Below, one piece after another: positions 34,948 through 35,173 of a DNA stretch of 35,173 nt. Origin of the DNA: Chloroflexota bacterium (GTDB lineage: Bacteria > Chloroflexota > Limnocylindria > Limnocylindrales > CSP1-4); NCBI GenBank assembly GCA_017881885.1, contig JADGQJ010000003.1, positions 1-35,173 of the forward strand. Direction: 5' to 3'. How positions within the stretch are numbered: position 1 is the first letter of the stretch; each line of letters starts with the position of its first letter. Below the pieces are notes generated by a model. That model was not told where the DNA came from. It did not search any database and saw only the letters and a list, made by a program, of their open reading frames with translations. The position numbers were made by a program, and so were the translations under genes.

Positions 34948-35173
34948 CTACTGCTCCCACTCAGTGGCGCCGGCGCCATCGTGCTCCATCTTCTCGTATG
35001 GGACCGGGCCGGCGCGCGAGATCATGTTTACGAGCGCCTGCGGGACCACGGCCAACCACAGCCCGTTGAAGAGCGAGACCCGCACAGTGCGACGGGCTCG
35101 CTCCATTGCGCCCAACGCCCGGCCGTTTGCCCCGCGCTCCCAGCGCAGAGCGTCCCAGCCCAATCCGGCGCTG
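34948..35173 (-). CDS. C-terminal fragment of a membrane protein running off the window, possibly a GT2 glycosyltransferase
   Basis: Frame is open to the window edge; hydrophobic segment then P..Y.K..H, loosely like the W.KT.H tail of membrane GT2 enzymes. Confidence 0.45.
   Translation of the reverse strand, partial: SAGLGWDALRWERGANGRALGAMERARRTVRVSLFNGLWLAVVPQALVNMISRAGPVPYEKMEHDGAGATEWEQ

Noticed and set aside
78-35069. Many long overlapping or antisense ORFs in the six-frame track (e.g. 4937-6334 -, 10698-11918 +, 12889-14190 +, 22698-24227 +, 24758-25984 +)
   Set aside because: These are shadow ORFs of high-GC coding DNA: Arg/Pro/Gly-rich, no family motifs, and they overlap well-supported genes.
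29942-35173. tRNA-Val as the integration site of an island carrying the accessory genes
   Set aside because: The accessory genes lie on the tRNA 5' side, and there is no integrase and no duplicated tRNA 3' end in the window.

Overview
This is a GC-rich bacterial chromosomal window, mostly housekeeping genes. The gene content suggests Chloroflexota or another monoderm lineage (inference only). From left to right it holds the 3' part of a stand-alone EF-G paralogue, two membrane-protein genes, and a histidine cluster with hisA divergent from a translationally coupled yerC/hisR-hisG-hisD-hisC-hisB-hisH-hisF-hisIE operon. Next come tyrS, a peptidoglycan group (class A PBP converging on Fem-family gene plus murJ), cvpA-mpg-mutS2, and infC(AUC start)-rpmI-rplT-[Phe T-box]-pheS-pheT. 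Then follow an inserted lipoprotein gene, tRNA-Val(GAC)-[Thr T-box]-thrS, and a GT-C glycosyltransferase. The best candidate for an undescribed system is the three-gene exported-protein operon at 31771-34606. It encodes a secreted caspase/gingipain-fold (clan CD) Cys protease, a coupled stand-alone FTP/PepSY propeptide-like protein with no catalytic domain, and a surface lipoprotein. Other leads are a 6S-like rod RNA at about 2275-2458, an 8-bp-period operator over back-to-back his promoters with a leaderless hisA, and an orphan alternative C-terminus at 2101-2176. No mobile elements or CRISPR arrays were seen. All calls come from reading the sequence and recalled family motifs; no searches were run.
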